From an uncultured Brevinematales bacterium (lineage in GTDB: Bacteria; Spirochaetota; Brevinematia; Brevinematales; CAYRWR01), in the NCBI GenBank assembly GCA_964428015.1, contig CAYRWR010000006.1, positions 64,856 through 128,855 on the forward strand: DNA of 64,000 nucleotides, in the 5' to 3' direction. Position 1 is the first letter of the stretch, and the number at the start of each line of letters is the position of its first letter. Of this stretch, positions 17,830 to 26,343 are shown in pieces. Both the position numbers and the translations under genes were made by a program. Below the pieces are notes generated by a model. It did no database searches. It worked only from the letters and a program-made list of their open reading frames with translations, and was not told the origin of the DNA.

Positions 17830-20520
17830 TTATCCTCTGGTATAATTGGCCCTTTCCTTGGCAGTGTCATCATTCATGTGACAGCTTTTATACTTCTTGC
17901 CGCTGCCGCACCAGCAGGGGTCATTACGGCCCGGTTTCTCCTGACGATGCATGGGCTGAGCCTGCTGTGCCTTGGGAGGCAGCTGACCCGCGCCCGCGGC
18001 TACACTGTCAAAGTGCCCGGCTGTGTTGTGGATGGTCTGAACATGGACCGAAGGAGTCTCATATTCAGTAGTACGGGGCTGGAAGCTGGCCTGGATCTGC
18101 AGACGGGACAGAGTAGAGAGGCTCTCCAGATTGAAGCTGTCACGCATGGCCAGGAACATTTCACTGGCTCTGAGCTGGTATTCAACCAACGGATTTTTCT
18201 GAGCGTATCCCTGCAGTCCTATACCTTCCTGCAGGGCGTCAATGTTACGCAGATGTTCTTTCCACTTGGTATCCAGCACATTGAGCACCACGTATTTAAA
18301 GCCTTCCGCTTTTATTTCATCAGGGATATTGGTAAAATGTTCCCAGACATGTTTGCGGACTTCTTTTTTCAGAGTATCTATAGCAGCGTGATAATCCATA
18401 TGGGTAAAATCTATCTCGGTGTCGGAATGGAAATTAATGCGCAGCCATCGGGATACTTCCTCTTTTTCCCAGAAGTCCGGTTTTTCCGGTCTTTCAAAGG
18501 TGTTATTAAGGTAATAATGTACCACATCATCTATCATCTCATCTACCAGACCCAGGTTATTGGCCGCATCCAGCACCCGGTCGCGCATGGAATACACATA
18601 GGTACGCTGTTCGTTCATAATGTTGTCGTATTCCAGCAGGTTTTTACGTATTTCAAAGTTACGGGTTTCCACTCTCTTCTGGGCCCGTTCAATAGCCCGG
18701 CTGATCATTTTAGACTGGATTTCTTCTTCTTCAGAGAATCCCATGGATTTCATCATACCGATGCGGTTGTCCATCCCGAACAGACGCATGAGGTCATCCT
18801 GCAGACTGACGTAGAATTGGGAATGACCGGGGTCTCCCTGACGTCCGGAACGTCCGCGCAGCTGGTTGTCGATACGACGCGCTTCATGGCGTTCGGATCC
18901 GATGACGCACAGTCCGCCCAGAGCGACTACACCTTCACCCAGCTTGATATCAGTACCGCGACCCGCCATGTTGGTAGCGATAGTCACTGCACCGGGCTGT
19001 CCGGCTCTCACAATGATCTCCGCTTCTTTTTCGTGGAATTTTGCGTTCAGTACATTATGGGGTACTCCCTGTCTCTTAAGCAGGGCAGACAGGACTTCTG
19101 ATTTTTCTACTGAGATAGTACCCAGGAGCACCGGCTGGCCTTTTTTCTGCAGTGCTTTCACGTCCCGGGCGATAGCCTGAAATTTAGCTTTTTCATCGAT
19201 ATAGATTTTATCCGCTTCATCCTGACGGGTAATGGGCTGATTGGTAGGTATTACTGCTACGTCCAGCTTGTAGAAGGAATAAAACTCGGTAGCTTCAGTT
19301 TCCGCTGTTCCTGTCATACCGGCCAGTTTTTCAAACATTTTGAAAAAATTCTGGAAGGTGATGGTAGCCAGAGTCTGGAATTCCTGTTTTATTGTGAGAC
19401 GTTCTTTGGCTTCGATAGCCTGGTGCAGGCCGTCGCTCCAGCGTCTGCCCGGCATTTTACGACCGGTGAATTCATCTACGATGACTACTTCGCCATTTTC
19501 CACCACATAGTCCACATTGACATTGTAGAGCTTGTGGGCGCGCAGAGCCTGGGTTACATTGTGGTAGAGCTGGGCATTGAGCGGGGAGAAGAGGTCTTTT
19601 ACTCCCAGCAGTTTTTCCACTTTGTTGACACCCATTTCGGTAAGCACGGCGTTCTTTTCTTTTTCAAAGATGGCGTAGTCACCGGTGCCTTCCACGATTT
19701 CCTGTTTTTCATCCAGCTGGGCTTCTTCCAGACGGGGGATGACTTTATCCACCCGGTAATACACTTCTGTAGATGCTTCACTGGGTCCGGAAATGATGAG
19801 AGGAGTACGGGCTTCGTCGATCAGGATGGAGTCCACTTCGTCCACAATGGCAAAATAAAAGTTGCGCTGGACTTTCTGATCCAGGGCGAAGACCATGTTA
19901 TCCCGCAGATAGTCGAATCCATATTCGTTATTAGTACCATAGGTGATATCCTGAGCGTAGGCTTCCCGGCGCCCGCATTCCACAGCTTTGACTGTATAGG
20001 CGGAGATGTCATCCCACTGCAGCCGGTAAGACTTTTCGTGTACGATAATCCCCACGCTCATTCCCATGAACATATAGAGAGGTCCCATCCAGGTGGCATC
20101 ACGTTTGGCCAGGTAGTCGTTGACCGTCACCAGGTTAACGCCTTTTTCAGTGAGGGCATTGAGATAGAGGGGCAGGGTAGCCACCAGGGTCTTTCCTTCA
20201 CCTGTCTTCATTTCAGCGATGGTATTATTGTGCATCACGATACCGCCCATCATCTGGACGTCAAAATGACGCATCCCCAGGACCCGTTTACCGGCTTCAC
20301 GCACCGTGGCAAAAGCCTCAGGCAGGAGGTCATCCAGGGTCTCACCTTTGGCCAGGCGTTCTTTAAACAGCTTAGTCTGGTTGTGCAGCTCATCGTTGTT
20401 CATTTTGGAGATGGTATCCTCAAATTCAGCTATCCTGCGGATGAGAGGCTGCACTTTTTTAAAATCGCGGTCCTGTTTAGTACCCACGATGAGGTAGAAT
20501 AGACGTTTAAAGATATTCAT
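17830..20520 (-). CDS. secA: Preprotein translocase ATPase SecA
   Basis: 896 aa. MKTGEGKTLVATLP (Walker A), DEVDSILIDEARTPLIISG, TNMAGRGTDIKLG. C-terminal zinc motif CWCGSGKKYKSCH. Confidence 0.98.
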   Translation of the reverse strand: MNIFKRLFYLIVGTKQDRDFKKVQPLIRRIAEFEDTISKMNNDELHNQTKLFKERLAKGETLDDLLPEAFATVREAGKRVLGMRHFDVQMMGGIVMHNNTIAEMKTGEGKTLVATLPLYLNALTEKGVNLVTVNDYLAKRDATWMGPLYMFMGMSVGIIVHEKSYRLQWDDISAYTVKAVECGRREAYAQDITYGTNNEYGFDYLRDNMVFALDQKVQRNFYFAIVDEVDSILIDEARTPLIISGPSEASTEVYYRVDKVIPRLEEAQLDEKQEIVEGTGDYAIFEKEKNAVLTEMGVNKVEKLLGVKDLFSPLNAQLYHNVTQALRAHKLYNVNVDYVVENGEVVIVDEFTGRKMPGRRWSDGLHQAIEAKERLTIKQEFQTLATITFQNFFKMFEKLAGMTGTAETEATEFYSFYKLDVAVIPTNQPITRQDEADKIYIDEKAKFQAIARDVKALQKKGQPVLLGTISVEKSEVLSALLKRQGVPHNVLNAKFHEKEAEIIVRAGQPGAVTIATNMAGRGTDIKLGEGVVALGGLCVIGSERHEARRIDNQLRGRSGRQGDPGHSQFYVSLQDDLMRLFGMDNRIGMMKSMGFSEEEEIQSKMISRAIERAQKRVETRNFEIRKNLLEYDNIMNEQRTYVYSMRDRVLDAANNLGLVDEMIDDVVHYYLNNTFERPEKPDFWEKEEVSRWLRINFHSDTEIDFTHMDYHAAIDTLKKEVRKHVWEHFTNIPDEIKAEGFKYVVLNVLDTKWKEHLRNIDALQEGIGLQGYAQKNPLVEYQLRASEMFLAMRDSFNLESLSTLSRLQIQASFQPRTTEYETPSVHVQTIHNTAGHFDSVAAGAGQLPPKAQQAQPMHRQEKPGRNDPCWCGSGKKYKSCHMNDDTAKERANYTRG

Positions 20521-20636
20521 GAATGTACTCCTGTTTGCGCCTTAAAAATAGATGTGGTATAGATTAACATGAAGGGCGTTTTTTTTAAAGTTTTTAAGCA
20601 TTTCATTTCCATATTAATGATACGGGATAAACCTAT

Positions 20637-20665
20637 TTGATAAATATACACAATGCGGTTATACT
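20637..20665 (+). promoter_or_regulatory. Candidate sigma70-type promoter
   Basis: TTGATA-17 nt-TATACT, followed by AGGAGG and the ATG at 20687. Confidence 0.5.
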
Positions 20666-20686
20666 ATGTCAACCAAGGAGGAGAGA

Positions 20687-21043
20687 ATGAAGAGGATTTT
20701 AACACTGCTTACCCTCATCCTGAGCGTGTTGGTGTGGAGCTGTAATCCCCCTCTCTCGGGAGAAAATACAGCGACTACAAATACCTATCATTGCAATATT
20801 CATACCGGTGAAACAGGGATGTTGATTTTAACCAATGCCGTTACCAATGCGCCTCAAGGAATTACTAATATTGTCAGTATCCTGTCTAATGGTTTTAACC
20901 CGCAGATCCTGACTATCCCTCATGGATCTTATGTAAAGTGGAGCAATCAGGGTACAAACACACATTCAGTAATAGCGGATATAGGCAATTTCACAAACTT
21001 CGGTATAGATGTAGGACAATACTGGACTGTTAAAATTGATTAA
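20687..21043 (+). CDS. Small secreted cupredoxin-like protein lacking the Cys/His/Met copper-ligand loop
   Basis: The ATG at 20687 follows AGGAGG. Signal/lipobox-like LSVLVWSC. ILTIPHGSYVKWSNQGTNTHSVIAD matches the N-terminal cupredoxin pattern (G..V.W.N.....H.V). No Y-x-C-x-x-H-x-x-M loop is present. Confidence 0.55.
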   Translation: MKRILTLLTLILSVLVWSCNPPLSGENTATTNTYHCNIHTGETGMLILTNAVTNAPQGITNIVSILSNGFNPQILTIPHGSYVKWSNQGTNTHSVIADIGNFTNFGIDVGQYWTVKID

Positions 21044-21089
21044 TTCCTCATTCACAAAAAGTGAAATTGTGTAGGCTTCCCTTACCTAG

Positions 21090-21203
21090 CAGGCTGGGGT
21101 CAAGTGGGTAAATCAGGATGGTACTACTACCCATATTGTGGAGGCAGATGACAATACTTTTCATGTTCCTTCCATGGCAATTGGACAATCGGGGAAAATA
21201 TAG
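21090..21203 (+). pseudogene. Start-less fragment of a second cupredoxin-like gene
   Basis: The frame opens after TAG at 21087-21089 and reads QAGVKWVNQDGTTTHIVEADDNTFHVPSMAIGQSGKI*. It parallels YVKWSNQGTNTHSVIAD of the upstream gene. No start codon or RBS. Confidence 0.4.
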
Positions 21204-21255
21204 TTTAATTAATTATTGATTTATTAATTTAATACAGCAAACCCTGTTTGTAAAT

Positions 21256-21284
21256 TTGAAATTGGTGTTTTTGCATGTTAAAAT
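21256..21284 (+). promoter_or_regulatory. Candidate sigma70-type promoter
   Basis: TTGAAA-17 nt-TAAAAT, preceded by an AT-rich UP-like tract and followed by GGAGG and the ATG at 21312. Confidence 0.5.
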
Positions 21285-21311
21285 AACATAACTTTAATCC
21301 GGAGGGTGGAG

Positions 21312-22406
21312 ATGCAGTTCAAAAAAGGTTTGTTTATAGTGATGCTGGTGCTTATGGGCGGAGTTTTTCTCTTCGCGCAGAAGTCTGCGGATGGCAAAAG
21401 TAAAAAACCGGTCATCCTGGAGTGCCAGTTTAATGACTTTAACGTGCGGGAATTTCCTGATCCTAATACCCAGCAGTTTCAGCAGCTGAGCGCGGGAGAT
21501 CTGGTAGAATACCTGGGCCAGAAGACACGCAAGGACTTCACCTATAACCTCCGGGGCAAAAGTTATACTTCCCCTTTTATCAGGGTGAAATTATCCAACG
21601 GTAAAATCGGCTGGGTATTCCTGGGCGGTTTTAAGCGCTGGTCCAGGCCCCGATTGGAAAGTCAGCGCATGGTACTATACAAGCATTACTTTGACGAACT
21701 GACCGCGGAAGACTATTCAGCCCAGGGCAACCCCAACGGGCATTTTTCCGTGACCAGAATGGATGACAAGGCAAAATTTGAAAACCTGGGCAATCTGGTC
21801 AAGGTCAAAGCCCATATGGTCTATTCCGGAGTCAGCGCCTATTCTGAATATGAGGCCAGTCTGGTATTTATCGACAGCGACGGCAAGGCTAAAAACATCT
21901 TTGACCTCAAACCCGCGTTGAAAAAACACTATACTACCGATGTCACGCATCCTCATACCGCTATACTGCTCATGCAGACCGGCAAGGATGACCTGCTCAT
22001 CGAAAATGTGGGACTGGATGATCCCTATCTCCTGGCTGTGATAGCAGGCTACTATGAATTTGATGATGTCGAGCCTCTCAATATCCAGCTGGACCAGTGG
22101 AGAAAGGGTAATAACGCCGCAGAGAGGAGTTCAGAGACCTATGTGCGCTATGTACCAGCTCCCCAGAGCAACAATAAATATCTGAGCGCTCTCTTAAAAG
22201 GGGAAGAAGTGACCCTGATACCCTGGGAGGGCAGTGCCCAGCCGGATATGACAGTGGAAAAAAATGCCATTGGTAAGGACTGGGTTCTCATTGCCCGGAC
22301 CAACAATATCCTGGGCTGGACTCAGTCCAAGAACCTTAAAAAACTGGGGAAAGCCAATACTCAGGGGCCCTTGATCACTGAATATACAGATGACCTGGAT
22401 ATCTGA
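21312..22406 (+). CDS. Secreted protein with SH3b-like domains at both ends
   Basis: Signal peptide MQFKKGLFIVMLVLMGGVFLFAQ. SH3b-like segments LSAGDLVEYLG...NGKIGWVFLGGF and EEVTLIP...DWVLIARTNNILGWTQSKNL. Confidence 0.65.
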   Translation: MQFKKGLFIVMLVLMGGVFLFAQKSADGKSKKPVILECQFNDFNVREFPDPNTQQFQQLSAGDLVEYLGQKTRKDFTYNLRGKSYTSPFIRVKLSNGKIGWVFLGGFKRWSRPRLESQRMVLYKHYFDELTAEDYSAQGNPNGHFSVTRMDDKAKFENLGNLVKVKAHMVYSGVSAYSEYEASLVFIDSDGKAKNIFDLKPALKKHYTTDVTHPHTAILLMQTGKDDLLIENVGLDDPYLLAVIAGYYEFDDVEPLNIQLDQWRKGNNAAERSSETYVRYVPAPQSNNKYLSALLKGEEVTLIPWEGSAQPDMTVEKNAIGKDWVLIARTNNILGWTQSKNLKKLGKANTQGPLITEYTDDLDI

Positions 22407-22455
22407 TTTTTTACAGCGAGTCAGCTTTTTGTAGCCCCTTTTCCGTTCATGTGAC

Positions 22456-22485
22456 GCCGCCCTTCTTCAGGGCGGCATTTTTTTT
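22456..22485 (+). terminator. Rho-independent terminator
   Basis: GCCGCCC-ttcttca-GGGCGGC followed by A + T8. Confidence 0.8.
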
Positions 22486-22731
22486 GTGCGACCTATTTAT
22501 CCCGATGCGGCGGTAGGGGGCGCTCCCGCCCTTCACAGGCCGGATTATGGGACAGAGGGATCATGCCTATCCTTTCTACCTGGCTTACTCTATGCCGTTG
22601 TTGTTAACGCTCCGCGTATGGCTGAGTACACTCCTCATTTTAAGCCAGTTATCCTGTTCAGTGTATAGGAGCAGAAACATGTGTCTCATCCTCAAAACAT
22701 TTAATAGAGTGGAAATTACATTTTTGAAGTT

Positions 22732-22766
22732 TTAAGGAGATTCTTCACTTTCGTTCAGAATGACAG
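22732..22766. repeat. Short dispersed intergenic element, copy R1 (TTAAGGAGATTCTTCACTTTCG TTCAGAATGACA)
   Basis: Shares both ends with 40331-40397: TTAAAGGAGATCCTCCACTTCG...TTCAGGATGACA. The second copy carries about 33 extra internal nt. Confidence 0.5.
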
Positions 22767-22827
22767 GGATTTGGTGCGGCTATATACATTCCGGAATTGA
22801 CAAAGCAGGTCTTTTTCCTTAAGCTTA

Positions 22828-24420
22828 ATGCCTATGAAAAAAGCACCTATCCAGAATCCGCATTCCCCTGAAGCTCAACCCGTTCCTGTCCCCGGTTTGA
22901 ATCCCCAGGAGATTGATGGGCACATCCGCTTCCTCAAAAACCTCCTGGAACACAAAGAAAACCTGGCATTGCTGAGCGAAGAGCAGCGGGTGGAACTGTT
23001 CCGCACGGCTGGTCAGCTCACCAATCCCGACCGCGCGGAAAGACGGGACCGCAATAAAGCCTGGAAACAGGCTCAAAAGCAAAAGAAGCAAAGCCAAGAA
23101 AGGCAGGCGCGCTCCGTCACCGGTATCCGTTCAGCCCGGGAGTCAGCAGTCTTTTCCGCCCCGCGCCAGCTGACCGCTCAGGAGCTGCAGGACCCTGCTA
23201 AATTTTCCAGACTCCACTCTCCCCGCAACTGCTATGTCTGCAAAGCGGAATATACCGACCTGCATCATTTCTATGACAGTATGTGTCCCGCCTGCGCTGA
23301 ACTGAACTACCAGAAACGTTTTCAGACTGCTGATCTGACCGGCCATGTGGCCATCATCACCGGATCCCGTCTCAAGATCGGCTATCAGTCAGCTCTCATG
23401 ATGCTGAGAGCGGGTGCCACGGTGATTGCTACCACCCGGTTTCCGGTGGATTCAGCCCTGCGTTTTGCGCGGGAGGATGATTTCAGCCAGTGGGGACACC
23501 GGCTCAGGGTGTATGGACTGGATCTGCGGCATACTCCCAGCGTAGAGATTTTCTGTTCCTGGATCACCCGGAATTACTCCCGCCTGGATATACTCATCAA
23601 TAATGCCGCCCAGACCGTGCGGCGGCCTTCCGGATTTTATACCCATCTCATGGAAAATGAAAACAAGGATTTTCACAGCCTGGACCCCGCCGTTCAGTCC
23701 ATCCTGAAGGAATACCAGGAATGTAAACAGGGACTCTATCATTTTGCGCATACCACACTGGAACAGCAGAAGAACCTGCCGGTACGCTGGGATGCTCCTA
23801 CTCCCGGAATAGGTATACGCAATTCCGCACAGCTGTCCCAGATACCCTATGCCTATGACAACGAGCTGGACGCGCGTGAAGTCTTCCCGGCGGGAAAGCT
23901 GGATGCCGATCTTCAGCAGGTGGATCTCAGGACCACCAACAGCTGGCGGCTGACCCTGGGGGAGATACCCACTTCCGAGATGCTGGAGCTGCAGCTGGTC
24001 AATTCCGTGGCCCCCTTTGTCCTGGCTAACAAACTGCTCCCCCTCATGAAAAAAGAAAATACCGGACAAAAACACATCATCAATGTCTCCGCCATGGAGG
24101 GTAAATTCTACCGGTTTAAGAAAGGGGCACGGCATCCCCATACTAATATGGCCAAAGCGGCACTCAATATGCTGACTCATACCTCCGCGTCAGAACTGGC
24201 GGAATACGGCATCTACATGAACGCGGTGGATACCGGCTGGGTCACCGATGAAGACCCCGCTCATCTGGCAAAGTACAAACAGGAAGTCCATGACTTTCAG
24301 CCTCCCCTGGATATTGTGGACGGCGCGGCCCGGGTACTGGACCCGCTATTCGACGGCATCAACACCGGCAAACACTGGTGCGGCCAGTTTTTAAAGGATT
24401 ATTTTCCTATCGACTGGTAA
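22828..24420 (+). CDS. SDR-family oxidoreductase with a basic N-terminal extension and a CxxC-x14-CxxC zinc-ribbon-like motif
   Basis: 530 aa. Rossmann motif [58 protein letters not shown] lies upstream of the SDR core. Confidence 0.85.
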   Translation: MPMKKAPIQNPHSPEAQPVPVPGLNPQEIDGHIRFLKNLLEHKENLALLSEEQRVELFRTAGQLTNPDRAERRDRNKAWKQAQKQKKQSQERQARSVTGIRSARESAVFSAPRQLTAQELQDPAKFSRLHSPRNCYVCKAEYTDLHHFYDSMCPACAELNYQKRFQTADLTGHVAIITGSRLKIGYQSALMMLRAGATVIATTRFPVDSALRFAREDDFSQWGHRLRVYGLDLRHTPSVEIFCSWITRNYSRLDILINNAAQTVRRPSGFYTHLMENENKDFHSLDPAVQSILKEYQECKQGLYHFAHTTLEQQKNLPVRWDAPTPGIGIRNSAQLSQIPYAYDNELDAREVFPAGKLDADLQQVDLRTTNSWRLTLGEIPTSEMLELQLVNSVAPFVLANKLLPLMKKENTGQKHIINVSAMEGKFYRFKKGARHPHTNMAKAALNMLTHTSASELAEYGIYMNAVDTGWVTDEDPAHLAKYKQEVHDFQPPLDIVDGAARVLDPLFDGINTGKHWCGQFLKDYFPIDW

Positions 24421-24482
24421 AGAATAAATTACTATATGTACGTTCTATAAGAACTACTATTGATAAAAAAAACTAATAGAAA

Positions 24483-24523
24483 TAAAAAAAAACACCATGA
24501 AAATATTTTATTTTCATGGTGTT
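24483..24523 (-). terminator. Rho-independent terminator for the 24559-25248 gene
   Basis: Perfect 14-bp arms AACACCATGAAAAT / ATTTTCATGGTGTT with a 5-nt loop. The A-run at 24483-24492 gives a U-tract on the minus strand. Confidence 0.75.
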
Positions 24524-24558
24524 GAACAATCGTAGTAATTTTTTTGATGAGTATATGT

Positions 24559-25248
24559 TTAGTTTCCCATATTCAGTTTAAATTGCACAATAAAATTTTC
24601 TGAAGCAGATGGTATTGCTATGACTCCTATACCCAGTCCGATAAATATACCACTATAGATATAGGTTACAGCTGAAAAATAAGGGTCACCACTACCCAAA
24701 AGTAAGCCGGTCGTTAAACTTGCGGCCCCCAAAAAAATAGAAATTATTCCTGTGGTCATTCTTTGTTTTTTTATCAACTTGGCATATTCTTCCATACCTT
24801 GTATAGGAGTATAGATTCCATTTTTTATTTTATTATCGATTTTTTCCAGGGGATCAACTGTTAATAAAGGAATCAACCCTATACCGGAGAGGCTTAAACC
24901 TGTTGCTAACATCAGAGTGGGTAAACCATGTGTATAATAACTATCTTGAATAAACAAACCTGATATCGCGCTAATAAGTCCCCCAGATAAAAATGTTATA
25001 CCAAGTACTTTACGGCTTGATTCCGCCGTCAAAGCTCCCCATTTAATCTTATCCCAGGCACTAATCTGATAAGCCAGGGGTTCCATAGATTTTGAGAAAG
25101 TACCATAGTTATTCTCCATGTCTTCAGTAACTGGTAAAAATTCGATTTTGGAAGTATCAAATGGGGCTAATGGAAGGGAACTTATTTGGGCATGAACTAG
25201 AACGGAAACAAAGGAAAACACAATAATCAACCACACTTTTTTGAGCAT
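24559..25248 (-). CDS. Hypothetical polytopic membrane protein
   Basis: 229 aa. Signal peptide plus Gly-rich TM helices (GITFLSGGLISAISGLFI, GIISIFLGAASLTTGLLLG, IYSGIFIGLGIGVIAI). AGAGGTG RBS. AT-rich. Confidence 0.6.
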   Translation of the reverse strand: MLKKVWLIIVFSFVSVLVHAQISSLPLAPFDTSKIEFLPVTEDMENNYGTFSKSMEPLAYQISAWDKIKWGALTAESSRKVLGITFLSGGLISAISGLFIQDSYYTHGLPTLMLATGLSLSGIGLIPLLTVDPLEKIDNKIKNGIYTPIQGMEEYAKLIKKQRMTTGIISIFLGAASLTTGLLLGSGDPYFSAVTYIYSGIFIGLGIGVIAIPSASENFIVQFKLNMGN

Positions 25249-25647
25249 AATACACCTCTTTTACAATAATTTAATAGTATTGTAAAAGAGGTGTGAATAT
25301 ATGTCAAATATGTAGTTAACTTGAATGTTTTGAATAAAAATATATGATTTTAGGCTGATCAATTGTGCCATATTTTCACCATTTAATAAATTAATTCACA
25401 AATATTTCATTCACTTATATTTAGGATATGCATGTTAACATGGTCCAAAATCAGAATATTTTCTTTGAATACTGGGTAAGGTTGATCTGTAAGGGCTAGC
25501 AATTTGATCAAATATATGGAGTAAGTGAATTACTTAACCATTATACAATTCTCAAAAATTTTATTTTGATTGTATACTATTGAAGTGGGCTGTTTTCTCT
25601 ATTCTCTAAACATCAGCTGTATATAAAAAAAATGCCGTTTCCTCCAG

Positions 25648-26229
25648 CTATTTTTTTAGGGATTGGTTATAGTTGGAGTTGTTAGTTTCTATTAATTTGA
25701 TCATATCTTTATCGATGGCCTGAATGATATCCTGATTTGCCCCTTTTTAACTGTATAATGTAATGGCGCTTGTAAAAAATATGATGGGGAGTGTGTCACA
25801 TTATATTATGAATGGTTGATCAGCCAGAAAAGGGGTTTTCACTACTCAGGCATCAGTATTTTTAATTTCCAATAATGTAAAAATGGGTCTGGTATAAATC
25901 TGCCCCCAGTTGGCTACCACTTCATTGGTGGCAAAATCATATATTTGATTTCTGGGTTCGGAATAGGCTACATCTATCATGAGGTCGATGCCGCCATTGG
26001 TAAGCCTGGTCAGGCATTCATCCCAGTTGCCGTGGATATAGGTCAGCTTCCAGTTTTCTTTTTTAGCAATATGATTGAGTACGTCTATAAATAAACCTGC
26101 CGGTTGGCCATTTTTATCTGTGAAAACTTTGGAATAATTTTCATAAAATCCCACTCGGATTTCTTTGCAAAAAACTAAGCCAAATGATAAAAATAAAAGT
26201 ACTGTACGGACGGCTACAGATTTTTTCAA
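25648..26229 (-). pseudogene. Decayed gene for a periplasmic solute-binding (SBP_bac_3-type) domain protein
   Basis: The 127-aa ORF (25846-26229) covers only the N-terminal half of an SBP domain: IRVGFYENYSKVFTDKNGQPAGLFIDVLNHIAKKENWKL...GGIDLMIDVAY. A separate 31-codon remnant at 25648-25741 reads KGANQDIIQAIDKDMIKLIETNNSNYNQSLKK, the typical domain end. The middle part and everything downstream are missing. Confidence 0.6.
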
Positions 26230-26298
26230 GGTTTCCCCGCTCTCTTGTATGTTTATTTAATCATATATGGGATTTAAAACAATATCAATTGTTTATAT

Positions 26299-26329
26299 AA
26301 AAAAAAGGCACCCTTAGGGTGCCTTTTTA
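26299..26329 (-). terminator. Rho-independent terminator after the GH13 gene
   Basis: AAGGCACCC-tta-GGGTGCCTT flanked by an A-run and a T-run (bidirectional form). Confidence 0.8.
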
Positions 26330-26343
26330 AGTATCAGATATTT

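Noticed and set aside
17878-20502. Very long ORFs antisense to secA (407 aa at 17878-19101 and 359 aa at 19423-20502). Similar long antisense ORFs lie opposite the ALDH gene (35969-36805, 36902-37723), PBP2 (44256-45092), the EAL-HDOD gene (33005-33715), the SDR gene (23452-24180) and the ferredoxin gene (40452-41165).
   Set aside because: Each lies entirely inside a gene whose product carries unmistakable family motifs. They have no RBS and odd compositions rich in His, Phe, Gly and Val. They are the expected shadow frames of GC-rich genes with strong codon periodicity, not overlapping genes.
22486-22735. 60-62-codon ORFs (22486-22668, 22547-22735) in the spacer upstream of the SDR gene. Similar small ORFs lie at 39971-40162, 40204-40395 and 40229-40525.
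   Set aside because: They have no RBS, overlap each other in different frames, have Pro/Arg/Leu/Ala-rich low-information translations and coincide with repeat-containing non-coding DNA.
25431-25442. Perfect 12-bp palindrome CATGTTAACATG in the AT-rich non-coding stretch.
   Set aside because: It is a single short palindrome in AT-rich DNA with no second copy and no adjacent promoter or gene start, so it is compatible with chance.
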